A stretch of DNA of 64,000 nt from Bacilli bacterium (GCA_045113315.1 JBGUIX010000015.1:8670-72669), one strand, 5' to 3'. Positions 1 through 10,031 are shown, counted from the first letter of the stretch. A program made the numbers and translations. Notes: a model not told the origin generated them from the letters alone.

Positions 1-556
1 TGGATATTTACGTTTGCTATATTTTGAAGATAAGAAAGCTTTTATTAAAAAAGGAAAATCATGGCACTGGTTTTGGGTTGACTGCAAAAAAATGACATTC
101 TGTTATCACTTTGCTCACAAAGATGAGTTGAAAACTATTCCTTTAAATAACCTCACTATTTCGCGCATTTATGAAGTTATTGATGATTTGTTAACGAATT
201 ACTATAAAACAACTCGGAGGTCTTTAAAAAAGGATTCTGAGAAGACTTTAGAATCAGAAGAGAAAAAACCTGAAAAACTAAAAAGACAAATAATTATTGA
301 TAGTTACGTTAGTTCTTTTATTGGAAAGAGGATTGAAGATACTGAATTATTCAAGGATCTGAAAGAATGGAGAATAGCTAAGGCAAATGAACTAAAAGCG
401 CCTGCTTTTGTTGTATTGACTGATCACGCAATGGCTCAAGTGGTCATTAATTTACCAAAGAGTATGAATGAGCTGATGAAACTTCATGGTTTTGGAAAGA
501 ATAAATGTGCTCAATATGGCGAGCAAATATTAGAAATAGTAAAAAAATATCTTTAA
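1..556 (+). CDS. HRDC-domain protein, probably 5'-truncated by the window edge
   Basis: C-terminal LFKDLKEWRIAKANELKAPAFVVLTD...LPKSMNELMKLHGFGKNKCAQYGEQILEIV is a typical HRDC domain; the frame is open back to the window start. Confidence 0.8.
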   Translation, partial: GYLRLLYFEDKKAFIKKGKSWHWFWVDCKKMTFCYHFAHKDELKTIPLNNLTISRIYEVIDDLLTNYYKTTRRSLKKDSEKTLESEEKKPEKLKRQIIIDSYVSSFIGKRIEDTELFKDLKEWRIAKANELKAPAFVVLTDHAMAQVVINLPKSMNELMKLHGFGKNKCAQYGEQILEIVKKYL

Positions 557-600
557 TGCAAACTACCATCGTACTCACGTGTTACATTAAATAAAGTGAT

Positions 601-2040
601 ATGAGATTTATTGATTATTGTAAACAACACAAACCTCAAATATTGAATGAATGGAATTCCAGCAAGAATGGTGTCCTTGATTCATCACTTTCATATGCTT
701 CGCACAAAAAGTATTGGTTTATATGTTCTAAATGTGGAACATCGTTTGAAACATCGCCACATAGCATAACCAATTCCAAATACAATTGTTGCCCTAAATG
801 TTGGATTACTAATAGAGCTGAGGCTAGACATGTAACGTCTTATAAGAAAAGAAGTTTGGCAAGCGTGGGTGGCATTCTTCTAGAAGAATTTGACGTTTCT
901 AAAAATGGAATAAGCACTTCAGAAGTTTCTGCTAATACGAATAAAAAGTATTGGTGGAAATGTTCAATATGTGGACATGAATGGATGGCTTCTGTCAGTA
1001 ATAGAATTAAAGGAACAGGGTGTCCACATTGCAATAAAATCACTCATACATCCTTTCCCGAGCAAGCTATTTATTATTACATAAAAAAAGAATACCCTGA
1101 TGCCATTAACAGTGATAAACATCTTGGAATTGAATTAGATATATTTATTCCGTCATTGAATATTGCAATCGAATATGATGGCGAAGCATGGCATCAAAAT
1201 ATTAAAAAAGATGAAAAGAAAAACAATATCTGCGCTAAAAATAAAATTCTTCTTATTAGGATTAGAGAACAGAGCTGTTGGTTTTGGCCAGAGTCTACTT
1301 ATTTAAAATGCATATCAAGTATATCTGGAGATAATAATGAGTTAAGCGAGTCAATCAAAAGGTTATTTTTCGCTATAAGGAATGATTTACATGTTCCAGA
1401 TATTGATGTTGTTAGAGATGAGAAAGAAATTCGAGCTGAATATATCAATGCAAAGGAAAATAACTCGTTAAAAATGAAATATCCAGATATAGCTAAAGAA
1501 TGGGATTATGAGAAAAATAAGCCAGTGGTACCTGAAAAAATAGATTATGGTTCTGGTACAAGATATTGGTGGATATGTTCTAAATGTGGGTATTCATTTG
1601 AAGCGAGCCTCAACAGCAGAACGTGTAGAGGTTCAGGGTGCCCTTCTTGCGCACATATTGTGGCCAATCCAGGTGTTACTGATTTAAAGACAAAAAGGCC
1701 TGATTTGATGGAAGAATGGGATTACGTTAAGAATAATAAACTTGGTCTTAATCCATCATGCTTATTACCATATTCAGAAAAGAAAGCGTGGTGGAAGTGC
1801 CGGGTGTGTGGTTATGAATGGTTTGCCATGATTGGAAACAGAACGAGAGGACGTTCTTGCCCATTGTGCGCAAAAGAGAACCACAAAAGAAAGGTAAAGA
1901 ATTTAGACACAGGTATGGTGTTTAACAGCGCAAATGAAGCCGGGAAATACTACGGCAAAGAAAAGAATCATCACATAAATGAATGTTGCCAAGGCAAAAC
2001 AAAAAGCGCTCTTGGATACAGATGGAAGTATATTGACTAG
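601..2040 (+). CDS. Zinc-ribbon (DUF4379-like) repeat protein with central Vsr/PD-(D/E)XK-like nuclease and C-terminal NUMOD1-like HTH
   Basis: Four W.CxxCG..(W/F)...CPxC repeats; ELDIFIPSLNIAIEYDGEAWH nuclease motif; FNSANEAG...INECCQGKTKSALGYRWKY tail. Confidence 0.75.
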   Translation: MRFIDYCKQHKPQILNEWNSSKNGVLDSSLSYASHKKYWFICSKCGTSFETSPHSITNSKYNCCPKCWITNRAEARHVTSYKKRSLASVGGILLEEFDVSKNGISTSEVSANTNKKYWWKCSICGHEWMASVSNRIKGTGCPHCNKITHTSFPEQAIYYYIKKEYPDAINSDKHLGIELDIFIPSLNIAIEYDGEAWHQNIKKDEKKNNICAKNKILLIRIREQSCWFWPESTYLKCISSISGDNNELSESIKRLFFAIRNDLHVPDIDVVRDEKEIRAEYINAKENNSLKMKYPDIAKEWDYEKNKPVVPEKIDYGSGTRYWWICSKCGYSFEASLNSRTCRGSGCPSCAHIVANPGVTDLKTKRPDLMEEWDYVKNNKLGLNPSCLLPYSEKKAWWKCRVCGYEWFAMIGNRTRGRSCPLCAKENHKRKVKNLDTGMVFNSANEAGKYYGKEKNHHINECCQGKTKSALGYRWKYID

Positions 2041-2064
2041 TGGCGTAAATTGCCGCTTTTCTTT
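2040..2064 (+). terminator. Probable intrinsic terminator
   Basis: gtggcg-taaat-tgccgc hairpin followed by ttttctttt directly after the stop codon. Confidence 0.5.
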
Positions 2065-2349
2065 TATCCGTCGTCGTGATATGCTTTTGTGGTAAATAAT
2101 ACCACTTTTATATAATATCAATTATTATATAAGTTAAATGTCTTGCACCCAGTATTAAGGAATATGTTTTTATTATTCAATATGGTTTCGTTATTGTGCC
2201 TCGTTAAATATGTAATAAGGTCTTAATTAGCGTAATCTTAAATTGAATCAATCACACAGCGATTCAAAAATCCAAATAAGAGTAATTATGTGATGGTTAA
2301 AATTGTTAGTCTATTTGTAATTTGCTACAATAAATAAAAAGGAATTGTT

Positions 2350-3244
2350 ATGCCAGATGTTGATAAAGCAGTGAGATTGCTCACTCACGCGTGTACTTCT
2401 TATTTTCATAATCAAAGCGAATCGTATAAAAGGTCAGTAATATCTGAATTTGTTGATTTACCAGATGCTAATAAACCATCTGAAATTCGAGGAAAAACAC
2501 CTCATCAAATTTATGATTATTTTAATCGATTATATTGTGATGTTGTTGAAGCCATATCTGATACTTTTGAATGCGATGTAGTAGAACTAAGAGAAGATAG
2601 CAATAATAATAAAATTGGATCAGATTTAATCGCCACAATTCGGTATGGCAATTATATTAAAGAAGAGAAGATTGAACTAAAATTTGGAAAAGAAACATTG
2701 AAAGCGATAGGACTAGAAACTTTTGACAAAATATTTGTAGTCGATTTTGAAAAAGGGTTCTTTACTGAGACATTTGCTGAAGTTAAAAACAATCAAAGAG
2801 ACTTTGCTTATAATCATCCGGGTAATGTCAATATGCTTATTTCAAATTTGGAAAAACAACTACTACCTATTATAAATAAAAGCAACGAAATGGTTAAAAA
2901 TGGTCATTTAAGAATTAATTCTAATGAAATTGCTTCACAACTGTCTGGTACCGGTTCAATCGACAGTAATAAGATTGTTGATATTCCAACTAAGCTTTTT
3001 GTTAATTGGAACTCAATAAACGTTTCGGAAAAACTTGATATGTCAGGTGACTGGAAAATTATTGAAATTAGTCCCTCAAAAGAAAAAAGGAGCGAGAATT
3101 AATTTTATAGTGAGTAACGGTAAAGTTGAGGCCAAATTTTTGCTTCATTGGAAAAATACGTTAAATTTCTGTGGAATTGATTATCCACCCAAAACCGGTA
3201 TAAATACCTATTGCTTTAATGTTTGGGCATGGAGGGTAAAATAA
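2350..3244 (+). pseudogene. Putative PD-(D/E)XK type II restriction endonuclease split by a +1 frameshift at about 3083-3088
   Basis: GSDLIA...KIELKFG motif; ORFs 2350..3102 and 3035..3244 join if one A is removed from GAAAAAAGG; the second ORF's stop overlaps the MTase ATG (TAATG). Confidence 0.55.
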
Positions 3245-4182
3245 TGGAATATAGTTCAAAAGGAACAAAAAAAATAAAAGATAGCAATAACAATAATAAA
3301 AAATTAGATAAATTTTATACTAATTCGGACATCGTTGATAAAGTCATTAATTACTTAATTAATTTATTTGCCGATAATAGCATTGATATAAACAAATATT
3401 CATTTTTAGAACCATGTGCAGGCGGAGGAGCATTTTTGAATGGCTTGGAAAAAGCGTTGCCTAAAACCAAATGTGTTTCATTTGATATCGCTCCAGAAGA
3501 TCCACGAATAAAAAAAGCAGATTTTTTAAGCATAGAACATCACTTCAATCCTAATCTTATTACTATTGGAAACCCCCCTTTTGGATATAAGGGCGATTTA
3601 GCCTGTTCTTTTATCAATACATGTTCAGAGTGGGGTCCAATCGTTGTATTTGTTTTACCAATTCAATTTAGAAGATTTAATATTCAAAAACATATTTACC
3701 CTAATTTGAAATTGATTTATTCTTCAGAAGATCTTCCTAAGAACTCTTTTAATTTAGAAGGGAAAAAATATGATGTGAATTGTTTGTTTCAAATTTGGGT
3801 AGATAAGTTTTCTGGATTATTTGAAAACTATGAGGATTTAAGACTTTTAAAACCTCTTCCAAATAAACATGAAGATTTTAAATTGTTTATTCACAACAAC
3901 ACTATGGAGACACTTAAATATTTTGATAAAGAAAAATATTGTTGGGATTTTGCTGTCGCAAGGCAAGGCTTCTATGACTATTCTAAAAGGATTACAAATC
4001 CAAAAGAGCTTCAGCAACATGTCCAATATTTATTTGTGAAATATGTTAATCCTGTTTCAAAAAAAGTTTTTGATCACATAGATTTTGAAAAATTATCACA
4101 TGTAAATACAGCAATACTTGGGTATTCAAATACAGATGTTGTTGCTGAATACATTCGTGTTAAAAATGAATTAAAATTATAA
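3244..4182 (+). CDS. N6-adenine DNA methyltransferase
   Basis: LDKFYT, FLEPCAGGGAF (SAM-binding motif I), IGNPPFG (motif IV); GGAGG RBS before the ATG at 3244. Confidence 0.85.
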   Translation: MEYSSKGTKKIKDSNNNNKKLDKFYTNSDIVDKVINYLINLFADNSIDINKYSFLEPCAGGGAFLNGLEKALPKTKCVSFDIAPEDPRIKKADFLSIEHHFNPNLITIGNPPFGYKGDLACSFINTCSEWGPIVVFVLPIQFRRFNIQKHIYPNLKLIYSSEDLPKNSFNLEGKKYDVNCLFQIWVDKFSGLFENYEDLRLLKPLPNKHEDFKLFIHNNTMETLKYFDKEKYCWDFAVARQGFYDYSKRITNPKELQQHVQYLFVKYVNPVSKKVFDHIDFEKLSHVNTAILGYSNTDVVAEYIRVKNELKL

Positions 4183-4380
4183 TTTTTTGGTTTTTAAAAG
4201 ATTATATTGTCTTTTCCATCCTTTAGGAGGAGTTGTGCAAATATGCGATTCGTTATAAAGACCGCATGTATCATTCATACAATTCTTACATATTTCAGGA
4301 TTGTATGCTCTGCAACCATAAGTTTGCGTTTCCGTATCTAATGCGCAAAGAGGATCGTTTCTGTTAATATGATACTTCAT
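4177..4380 (-). CDS. Small Cys-rich hypothetical protein (67 aa)
   Basis: ORF with six Cys (DTETQTYGCR..NPEICKNC...C...C..PPKGWKRQY); TATACT -10 box 7 nt upstream of the ATG. Confidence 0.65.
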   Translation of the reverse strand: MKYHINRNDPLCALDTETQTYGCRAYNPEICKNCMNDTCGLYNESHICTTPPKGWKRQYNLLKTKKL

Positions 4381-4427
4381 ACAAGAAAGTATATAATTTA
4401 ATAAAAAGTTTTGTAAGGATAAAATGT

Positions 4428-5150
4428 ATGAGTGAATTGGTAAAATTTTTAAAAGATGTCAGTGAAAATAGATCATCTTTATTACAGGCACAAAATGGTG
4501 AAACTTGTGAACAGTTATTTCGTGGCAAACTTAAAACTTATTTTGTTGACATGTCCGCTTCTGATGATGAAAATATTCTAAATTTCAAGAAAAGCATCAA
4601 AAATAAAATATTAAACAAGAACGGTCCTAGCGTTATCGAAAATACTTTATATAAGAATACTCAAAATGGGATGTATAAGGACTTTTTTATTGCACAACCC
4701 TATGGGACCCAAAATTACCCTGATTTTCTTATTTTTACCAGTTTCAGAGTTTTTTCAATTGAGATAAAGTATTCCACAAAGAAGTCTGTTAGGCCTATGT
4801 GGAATTCCAATCTACCTAAAATGGATGGAATCTATTTTTTTGGTTGCTATAGATTAAAACAATTGACTTTTTTCAGAGGCGAAGACATGTTGCCATTCAA
4901 GGAAAGAGAAACACTTTTAAATATATGGGATATGTTGGAAAAGAAGAAAAAAGACTGGGACAAAACATTCAAAAGAGGAATTAAAACCAAAGAGTTTGAA
5001 AATGAATATGGTTTTGGACCTTATATTAGAAAGGCCTATTCACAATCAAAAGAGTTCAATAAACACGCTACTATTAATCTTTTTGACAATCCAAAAAAAT
5101 CTCAATTGGAGAATAAAGTCATAGAGTTTGTTGAAGAAAAAGACAAATAG
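4428..5150 (+). CDS. Putative type II restriction endonuclease (PD-(D/E)XK)
   Basis: QPYGTQNYPDFLIF...SIEIKYS catalytic motif followed by PMWNSNLP; lies next to the MTase. Confidence 0.65.
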   Translation: MSELVKFLKDVSENRSSLLQAQNGETCEQLFRGKLKTYFVDMSASDDENILNFKKSIKNKILNKNGPSVIENTLYKNTQNGMYKDFFIAQPYGTQNYPDFLIFTSFRVFSIEIKYSTKKSVRPMWNSNLPKMDGIYFFGCYRLKQLTFFRGEDMLPFKERETLLNIWDMLEKKKKDWDKTFKRGIKTKEFENEYGFGPYIRKAYSQSKEFNKHATINLFDNPKKSQLENKVIEFVEEKDK

Positions 5151-5202
5151 AATTGATATTTATAATAAAAGTAAGAAAAATTACTTTTGTGAATAAAAAT
5201 AA

Positions 5203-5220
5203 TGTTCTTATATAAGTACA
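5203..5220. promoter_or_regulatory. TGTAC-N8-GTACA-type operator, site 1
   Basis: TGTTC-TTATATAA-GTACA upstream of the WYL-like gene; four similar sites elsewhere in the island. Confidence 0.55.
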
Positions 5221-5281
5221 AAAAAATAATGTTTTGTTATGGCTTATAAACTTCTATATCATTAGAAGTGGAGGTAGATAT

Positions 5282-6604
5282 ATGGCTATTTCAGATACTA
5301 GAATTCATAACATAGAATTATTACTTACGTTAGATTATTTATTAAAACATACAGATGAGAATCATCCTGCGACTCAACAAGAGATATGTAAACACGCGAT
5401 TAAATATGGACTTAAATATGATCCTAAAGCCACTAAAGGCAATGATGTAAGAAGACAACGTATTGGAGAATGTTTAAAGTTTTTAAGTGAGATCTGCGGT
5501 AAATTTCCTGATGATACACCTTTTATTTTAGAAACTACTGATTCTGGTAAATATTATATTGATCAAAGACAAGGTCTTCATGATTTACAAGTGGCCAAGA
5601 TACTTGCCGCTATTAAAAATGATAGATATACAAAAGATGAAGATGCTTCTTTTTTAATAGATAAAGTATTAGATGCTTGTTCAACAAGTGAATATAACCG
5701 AGCAGAGATAAAAAGAATATATAAAGAATTAATACGTAGTGTTAGAAAATACGATAGTGAAACAATACGTAAGATAAATCTTATTGAAAAAGCTTATAAA
5801 GAAAGCAAATCAATTCTAGTTAGACATAGTGTTAATGATCCTAAACGTCATGTCATTGTAGATTATGATTTCTTATATCGTGTTTATCTAGTTAAAGAAT
5901 ATAACCACGAATTATATGCTTTGTTAATTCCAGTGGGCCAACTCAATGTTAATGAAAAGATTGGTAGATTAGTTTTCTTTAATAACTATATATTCGAGCC
6001 TATTAGTAAGATTAATATCCCCAACATAGAAGCGAGACAATTACTTTGTACTGACGAAAAGAATAGAGATTTCAATGAACTATTTAGAAAAGCTAATCCT
6101 TTATTGGCGAAGAAATATCATACTATAGATGAAATGTTAGAAAAAACCATTCTTCCTAAAGGTGGTAAGTCATGTATTGTTTCTTTCTATTTCCATCTTG
6201 GATTAAAAGATATATTAAGAAGATCTTTTGAAAACTACTTTAATGAAGAATTCAGATATCAAGAAACTGCATTAATAAAAGGAGTGGAATCCACTATAAA
6301 AGATGTGGTTCAAGGCATGGATAATTGGGTTATTATAACGGATGAAAATAAAGATCTAAAACCAACACATGGCTTAGTTAATCTATATGTGGATAATAAA
6401 GCGTTCAAATCATGGTTATTATCTGATCCACATGGAGAAGGTAATTTCTCTATTATGGATATGATTACTTTAATCAAACCGACTTCTTTACATGAAGAAA
6501 TCGCTAATTACTATAAGAAGAGATTAATAAAAGAGATTAACTATTTAAGTGAAAATTCAAAGGATGAATTATACGATGCACTCATACAAAACAATAAAAA
6601 ATAA
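5282..6604 (+). CDS. WYL-type transcriptional regulator (wHTH plus divergent WYL/WCX)
   Basis: N-terminal LLTLDYLLKHTDENHPATQQEI matches the wHTH start of the WYL protein at 25141; GGAGG RBS before the ATG at 5282. Confidence 0.65.
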   Translation: MAISDTRIHNIELLLTLDYLLKHTDENHPATQQEICKHAIKYGLKYDPKATKGNDVRRQRIGECLKFLSEICGKFPDDTPFILETTDSGKYYIDQRQGLHDLQVAKILAAIKNDRYTKDEDASFLIDKVLDACSTSEYNRAEIKRIYKELIRSVRKYDSETIRKINLIEKAYKESKSILVRHSVNDPKRHVIVDYDFLYRVYLVKEYNHELYALLIPVGQLNVNEKIGRLVFFNNYIFEPISKINIPNIEARQLLCTDEKNRDFNELFRKANPLLAKKYHTIDEMLEKTILPKGGKSCIVSFYFHLGLKDILRRSFENYFNEEFRYQETALIKGVESTIKDVVQGMDNWVIITDENKDLKPTHGLVNLYVDNKAFKSWLLSDPHGEGNFSIMDMITLIKPTSLHEEIANYYKKRLIKEINYLSENSKDELYDALIQNNKK

Positions 6605-6634
6605 ATTTTAACAGTAGTTAATTTTTGTCAAGAC

Positions 6635-6663
6635 TTGTAATTATCATTTTCTATTACCATAAT
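6635..6663 (+). promoter_or_regulatory. Sigma-70-type promoter for riboswitch 1
   Basis: TTGTAA-17 nt-CATAAT, placing +1 near 6670 at the start of P1. Confidence 0.55.
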
Positions 6664-6670
6664 ATATAGC

Positions 6671-6756
6671 GTCATAAAGAGAACGGCGAGGGACAAGCCC
6701 GTTGACCCGTCAGCAACTTACTCAAGTGAGCAAAGTGCTAAAGCTTGTGCGATGAC
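6671..6756 (+). ncRNA. SAM-I (S-box)-type riboswitch aptamer, compact P4-less variant (copy 1)
   Basis: P1 GTCAT/ATGAC; J1/2 AAGAG; kink-turn P2 ACGGcGAGGGACAAGCCCgttGAcCCGT; P3 GCAAC...GTGC; pseudoknot ACAAGC/GCTTGT. Confidence 0.85.
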
Positions 6757-6767
6757 TTATTTTATTT

Positions 6768-6800
6768 TGCTCATCGCGAAATGCGGTGAGCATTTTTTAT
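6768..6800 (+). terminator. Riboswitch 1 terminator
   Basis: TGCTCATCGC-gaaat-GCGGTGAGCA-TTTTTT; 5' arm TCATCGC can instead pair with GCGATGA of P1 (antiterminator). Confidence 0.85.
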
Positions 6801-6820
6801 CCCCAATCTTCTCAAAGCTA

Positions 6821-6838
6821 TGTACGCATACAAGTACA
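6821..6838. promoter_or_regulatory. TGTAC-N8-GTACA operator, site 2
   Basis: taTGTAC-GCATACAA-GTACAta, perfect arms. Confidence 0.65.
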
Positions 6839-6993
6839 TAACTAATCAATTGAGAAACACACATGTAATTGCGTTTTATAGTAATTACGAAGCTAAGCTA
6901 GAAACTTATCTTCAATCGTTCTTTGAAAACTAAATAATTAACCGCGCCAATACCTTACTTTACCTATTTTTATTTAGAAAGAGAAATGATGAA

Positions 6994-7605
6994 ATGAATT
7001 GTTTAAACTATGACAACAAAGAAAAGTACATCAGTGAAATAAATAAGCTGAATGATAAAGAAAAAAGAGAACAATATGAATTATCATCAGCGATAATTAA
7101 TCACATTGAATATGACTATAACCTATTAAAAGCTACAATCTATTTAAAGTTCCTATTACCTATTAGAAATTTTTTAAGAAAAAACATATCAATAGATGAT
7201 TTAAAAAAAGCCGTGTATGACTGTTTTAACTACTGTATTGATAACAATTCTTACTTCTTACATTTTCATAGCAGTATCGAAGATAAGAATGAATTTGAAT
7301 ATGTAGAAAAACGTGAAGATTCTCCGATAGAAATTATTGATGGTTTGATTGATTATTTATATGACGAGACACACAAAAATTATGATAGATTGATGAATTT
7401 ATATGTGTCATTTAAAGAGTTCTCAAATTATGTTTTTAGAAAACTATCCACGTCACATAAAAATTTTGAAAATCAAATACAAAAATTTGAAAAAGAAAAT
7501 CATATAAAAACCGGCGAAGACATCTACCACACTCTACAAAGTGTGTTTAAAAGAACAATCTTCGAAATATTTTTAATCGAAGAAGTTAACCATGAAGAAA
7601 GATAA
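6994..7605 (+). CDS. Hypothetical helical protein, paralog of 14430..15056
   Basis: MNCLNYDNKEKYISEINKLND vs MNCFNFNNKQSYMDYVQSLSD; KREDSPIEIID vs SKEDSIQIIE. Confidence 0.7.
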   Translation: MNCLNYDNKEKYISEINKLNDKEKREQYELSSAIINHIEYDYNLLKATIYLKFLLPIRNFLRKNISIDDLKKAVYDCFNYCIDNNSYFLHFHSSIEDKNEFEYVEKREDSPIEIIDGLIDYLYDETHKNYDRLMNLYVSFKEFSNYVFRKLSTSHKNFENQIQKFEKENHIKTGEDIYHTLQSVFKRTIFEIFLIEEVNHEER

Positions 7606-9037
7606 AAGAAAAGAGGTACCAAAAATGACAGAAAACAAAAAACACTTATTAGAAGATAACTATGATGTTATCGAAACAGATGACGAAGAAGAAGTAGTAA
7701 TAAAATATCTTAATGGCCGTCCTTATGTAATAAACGAAGATGGGGAAGTCATTTTTAAAGATAATGTTCCATCATACGAATTAATCTATGCTTCTAAATT
7801 AAAAGAAGATGAAAAGCCCCTTGGTAATGTCATTGGCCACGAGAATCAAAAGAAAGAACTTCTTTCTGTGATTGACTGGTTTAAACATTCCAAAGAATTA
7901 AAAGCTAAAGGTGTTTCAATTCCTAAAGGAGTTGTCCTCTTTGGTGCCCCTGGAAATGGTAAATCATTATTAATTAAAGAGATTATTAGATGCTGCGAAG
8001 CCCCGGTATTTATTTTTCAAGGTGAACAAATAAATGTTGTTGGTGGAATTGTTGAAACATTTAAAAAAGCTCGAGAAGCCGGGCACGCTATTATTGTCTT
8101 TGATGAATTAGATTTACTTATTAATAGAGAAAGAAGAGTGGTAAGAGCCCTTCAAGAAAATCTTGATGGTGTTGAATCTAACGATGACATTTTAGTGTTA
8201 GCAGCGACAAATTATCTTGATGAAATTCCCCAACCATTATTAAGAAATGGTCGATTAGAAAAACTTATTAAAATTCCATATCCAACTGGTGAAGAAGCTC
8301 TAGAATTATTCAAAAAGCACTGTAAAGAATTCAAAGTAACATTACCAGAAGATTTCGATGATGAAGAAGTAGCTTTATCACTTAATGGAATTACTTGCGC
8401 TGGCGTTAAAGCAGTAGTGAACGATATTGTTTTAAGAAATGGTTTCGAAAATATCACTAGTGAGATGATTGATAATTCTATTTATAACATCACAGATAGA
8501 GTGAAAGATGCTCCTGAAGAAGATAATTTAGAAGTTGCTATCCACGAAGCTGGTCACGCTGTTGTTGCTAAATCATATCCACAATATTTTCTAATCAATA
8601 GACTTAATATTTCAGGGGCAAGTGGTGAATTTCACGCTAAAGAAGTTGAGAAAGATTTCTGGCCTTATGAAAAAGTGATTGCCGACATCAAAGTTTCGAT
8701 GGCGGGCATCCTTGCTCAAAAGATTATCTGTGGTAGAGGTTCAAGAGGTTGCGATAGCGATTTACAAAGAGCAAGAATCAATGCTTACAATATGCTTAAT
8801 ATGTGTGGTTATTCATCTTGCGCTGAAACACTCCCTGTCATTAGACAAGGCGCTAGAACCGAAACTTCCATTAAGCGCAGAAAGATGGAAAAGAAGATTG
8901 AAAAACTTCTTAAAAAGTGTGAGAAAGAAACATCTAAATACATCAAAGAACACAAGAGTCAAATCAATGCGCTTGGTAAGCTTCTCTTTGAGAAGAAACA
9001 TCTTAAATCATCAGAAATCCTATCCTGTCTTGGGTAG
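7592..9037 (+). CDS. Soluble FtsH-like AAA+ ATPase / M41 zinc protease
   Basis: Walker A GAPGNGKS, Walker B IVFDE, SRH ATN...LLRNGRLE, HEAGH zinc motif, GCDSDL; no TM segment. Confidence 0.85.
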   Translation: MKKDKRKEVPKMTENKKHLLEDNYDVIETDDEEEVVIKYLNGRPYVINEDGEVIFKDNVPSYELIYASKLKEDEKPLGNVIGHENQKKELLSVIDWFKHSKELKAKGVSIPKGVVLFGAPGNGKSLLIKEIIRCCEAPVFIFQGEQINVVGGIVETFKKAREAGHAIIVFDELDLLINRERRVVRALQENLDGVESNDDILVLAATNYLDEIPQPLLRNGRLEKLIKIPYPTGEEALELFKKHCKEFKVTLPEDFDDEEVALSLNGITCAGVKAVVNDIVLRNGFENITSEMIDNSIYNITDRVKDAPEEDNLEVAIHEAGHAVVAKSYPQYFLINRLNISGASGEFHAKEVEKDFWPYEKVIADIKVSMAGILAQKIICGRGSRGCDSDLQRARINAYNMLNMCGYSSCAETLPVIRQGARTETSIKRRKMEKKIEKLLKKCEKETSKYIKEHKSQINALGKLLFEKKHLKSSEILSCLG

Positions 9038-9061
9038 GATCTCTGATAAGGAGAATCATAC

Positions 9062-9469
9062 ATGTTAGAAGATATTAAATATGTCCGTTTGGGATTAGAA
9101 AATGTCGAAATTATAGATATCAACATTAAAGACATTGACCTAATGATACAAGACATTAGTGAGTTTGATTTAACCGTAATGAATAGCAGCCTTATTAAAA
9201 GAAGAAAAGAATGTAAAAAAGCATTCTTCACTCTTCTTAAAACCGCAGATAAACCATACGACGAAAAGAGTGAAACAACAGTTTTTGAAAGACTAAGAAA
9301 ATTTAATGATATCATTGACATTTCTTATTTAGACGAAAACAAAAACGAGATAGATACAATCTATATGCCCTGGGAATATAACACATTTAATCTAGCGGAA
9401 AACATCTATCAAAAATCAAAAATTGATGATTATGGAAGATTACAGATACTAATTGAAAAAGGAGAATAA
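9062..9469 (+). CDS. Hypothetical protein
   Basis: 135-aa ORF, AAGGAG RBS, operonic spacing. Confidence 0.7.
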   Translation: MLEDIKYVRLGLENVEIIDINIKDIDLMIQDISEFDLTVMNSSLIKRRKECKKAFFTLLKTADKPYDEKSETTVFERLRKFNDIIDISYLDENKNEIDTIYMPWEYNTFNLAENIYQKSKIDDYGRLQILIEKGE

Positions 9470-9479
9470 AGATTAATAA

Positions 9480-10019
9480 ATGGAATTACCAAAATTAACA
9501 CGTAAGATTGCTAAACAAGTTGATGAAGAATATAGAAAAGAAGAAAAGAATAAACCCGATATCAAGGCTATAACTATTGATGATGTTTTAATTATTAATT
9601 CTCTTTGTCTATTTACAGGCGAACCACATCAAATTCTAAATAAAGCAGCAATCGAATCCGCTCTTGGCAATCAATATCAACCTTATTCAAGACGTGAATT
9701 AGCGTATGCAAGTGTCTATAAATCATTAGTCCTTAACCATGGATTTATGAATGGGAACAAACGTACCGCTGTCATTGCTTTATATATTGCAAGTTTATTG
9801 ATAGGCAATGATTTAAAAATCAATGATAAAAATTTAGCAAAGTTAACTTATAGGATCGCTGGTGAAAACGGTAGTCAAATTCCAGTTGAAGAAATTGCTG
9901 AGAATGTCTTTAAGTCATATACATCATATGACGATTTCAAAGAAGTTAATGATGTCGCCTATTATGTTCGTAAATTTATTAATGAACATGAATGGTTGAT
10001 GAAGGAACTCGGAAAATAG
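9480..10019 (+). CDS. Fic/Doc family protein (Doc-like)
   Basis: NHGFMNGNKRTA matches the Doc-type HxFxxGNKR motif. Confidence 0.85.
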   Translation: MELPKLTRKIAKQVDEEYRKEEKNKPDIKAITIDDVLIINSLCLFTGEPHQILNKAAIESALGNQYQPYSRRELAYASVYKSLVLNHGFMNGNKRTAVIALYIASLLIGNDLKINDKNLAKLTYRIAGENGSQIPVEEIAENVFKSYTSYDDFKEVNDVAYYVRKFINEHEWLMKELGK

Positions 10020-10031
10020 AAGGAAAAAAAG

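Noticed and set aside
3082-3089. AAAAAAG as a dnaX-type programmed -1 frameshift
   Set aside because: The downstream ORF needs +1, and the heptamer is not phased as A-AAA-AAG
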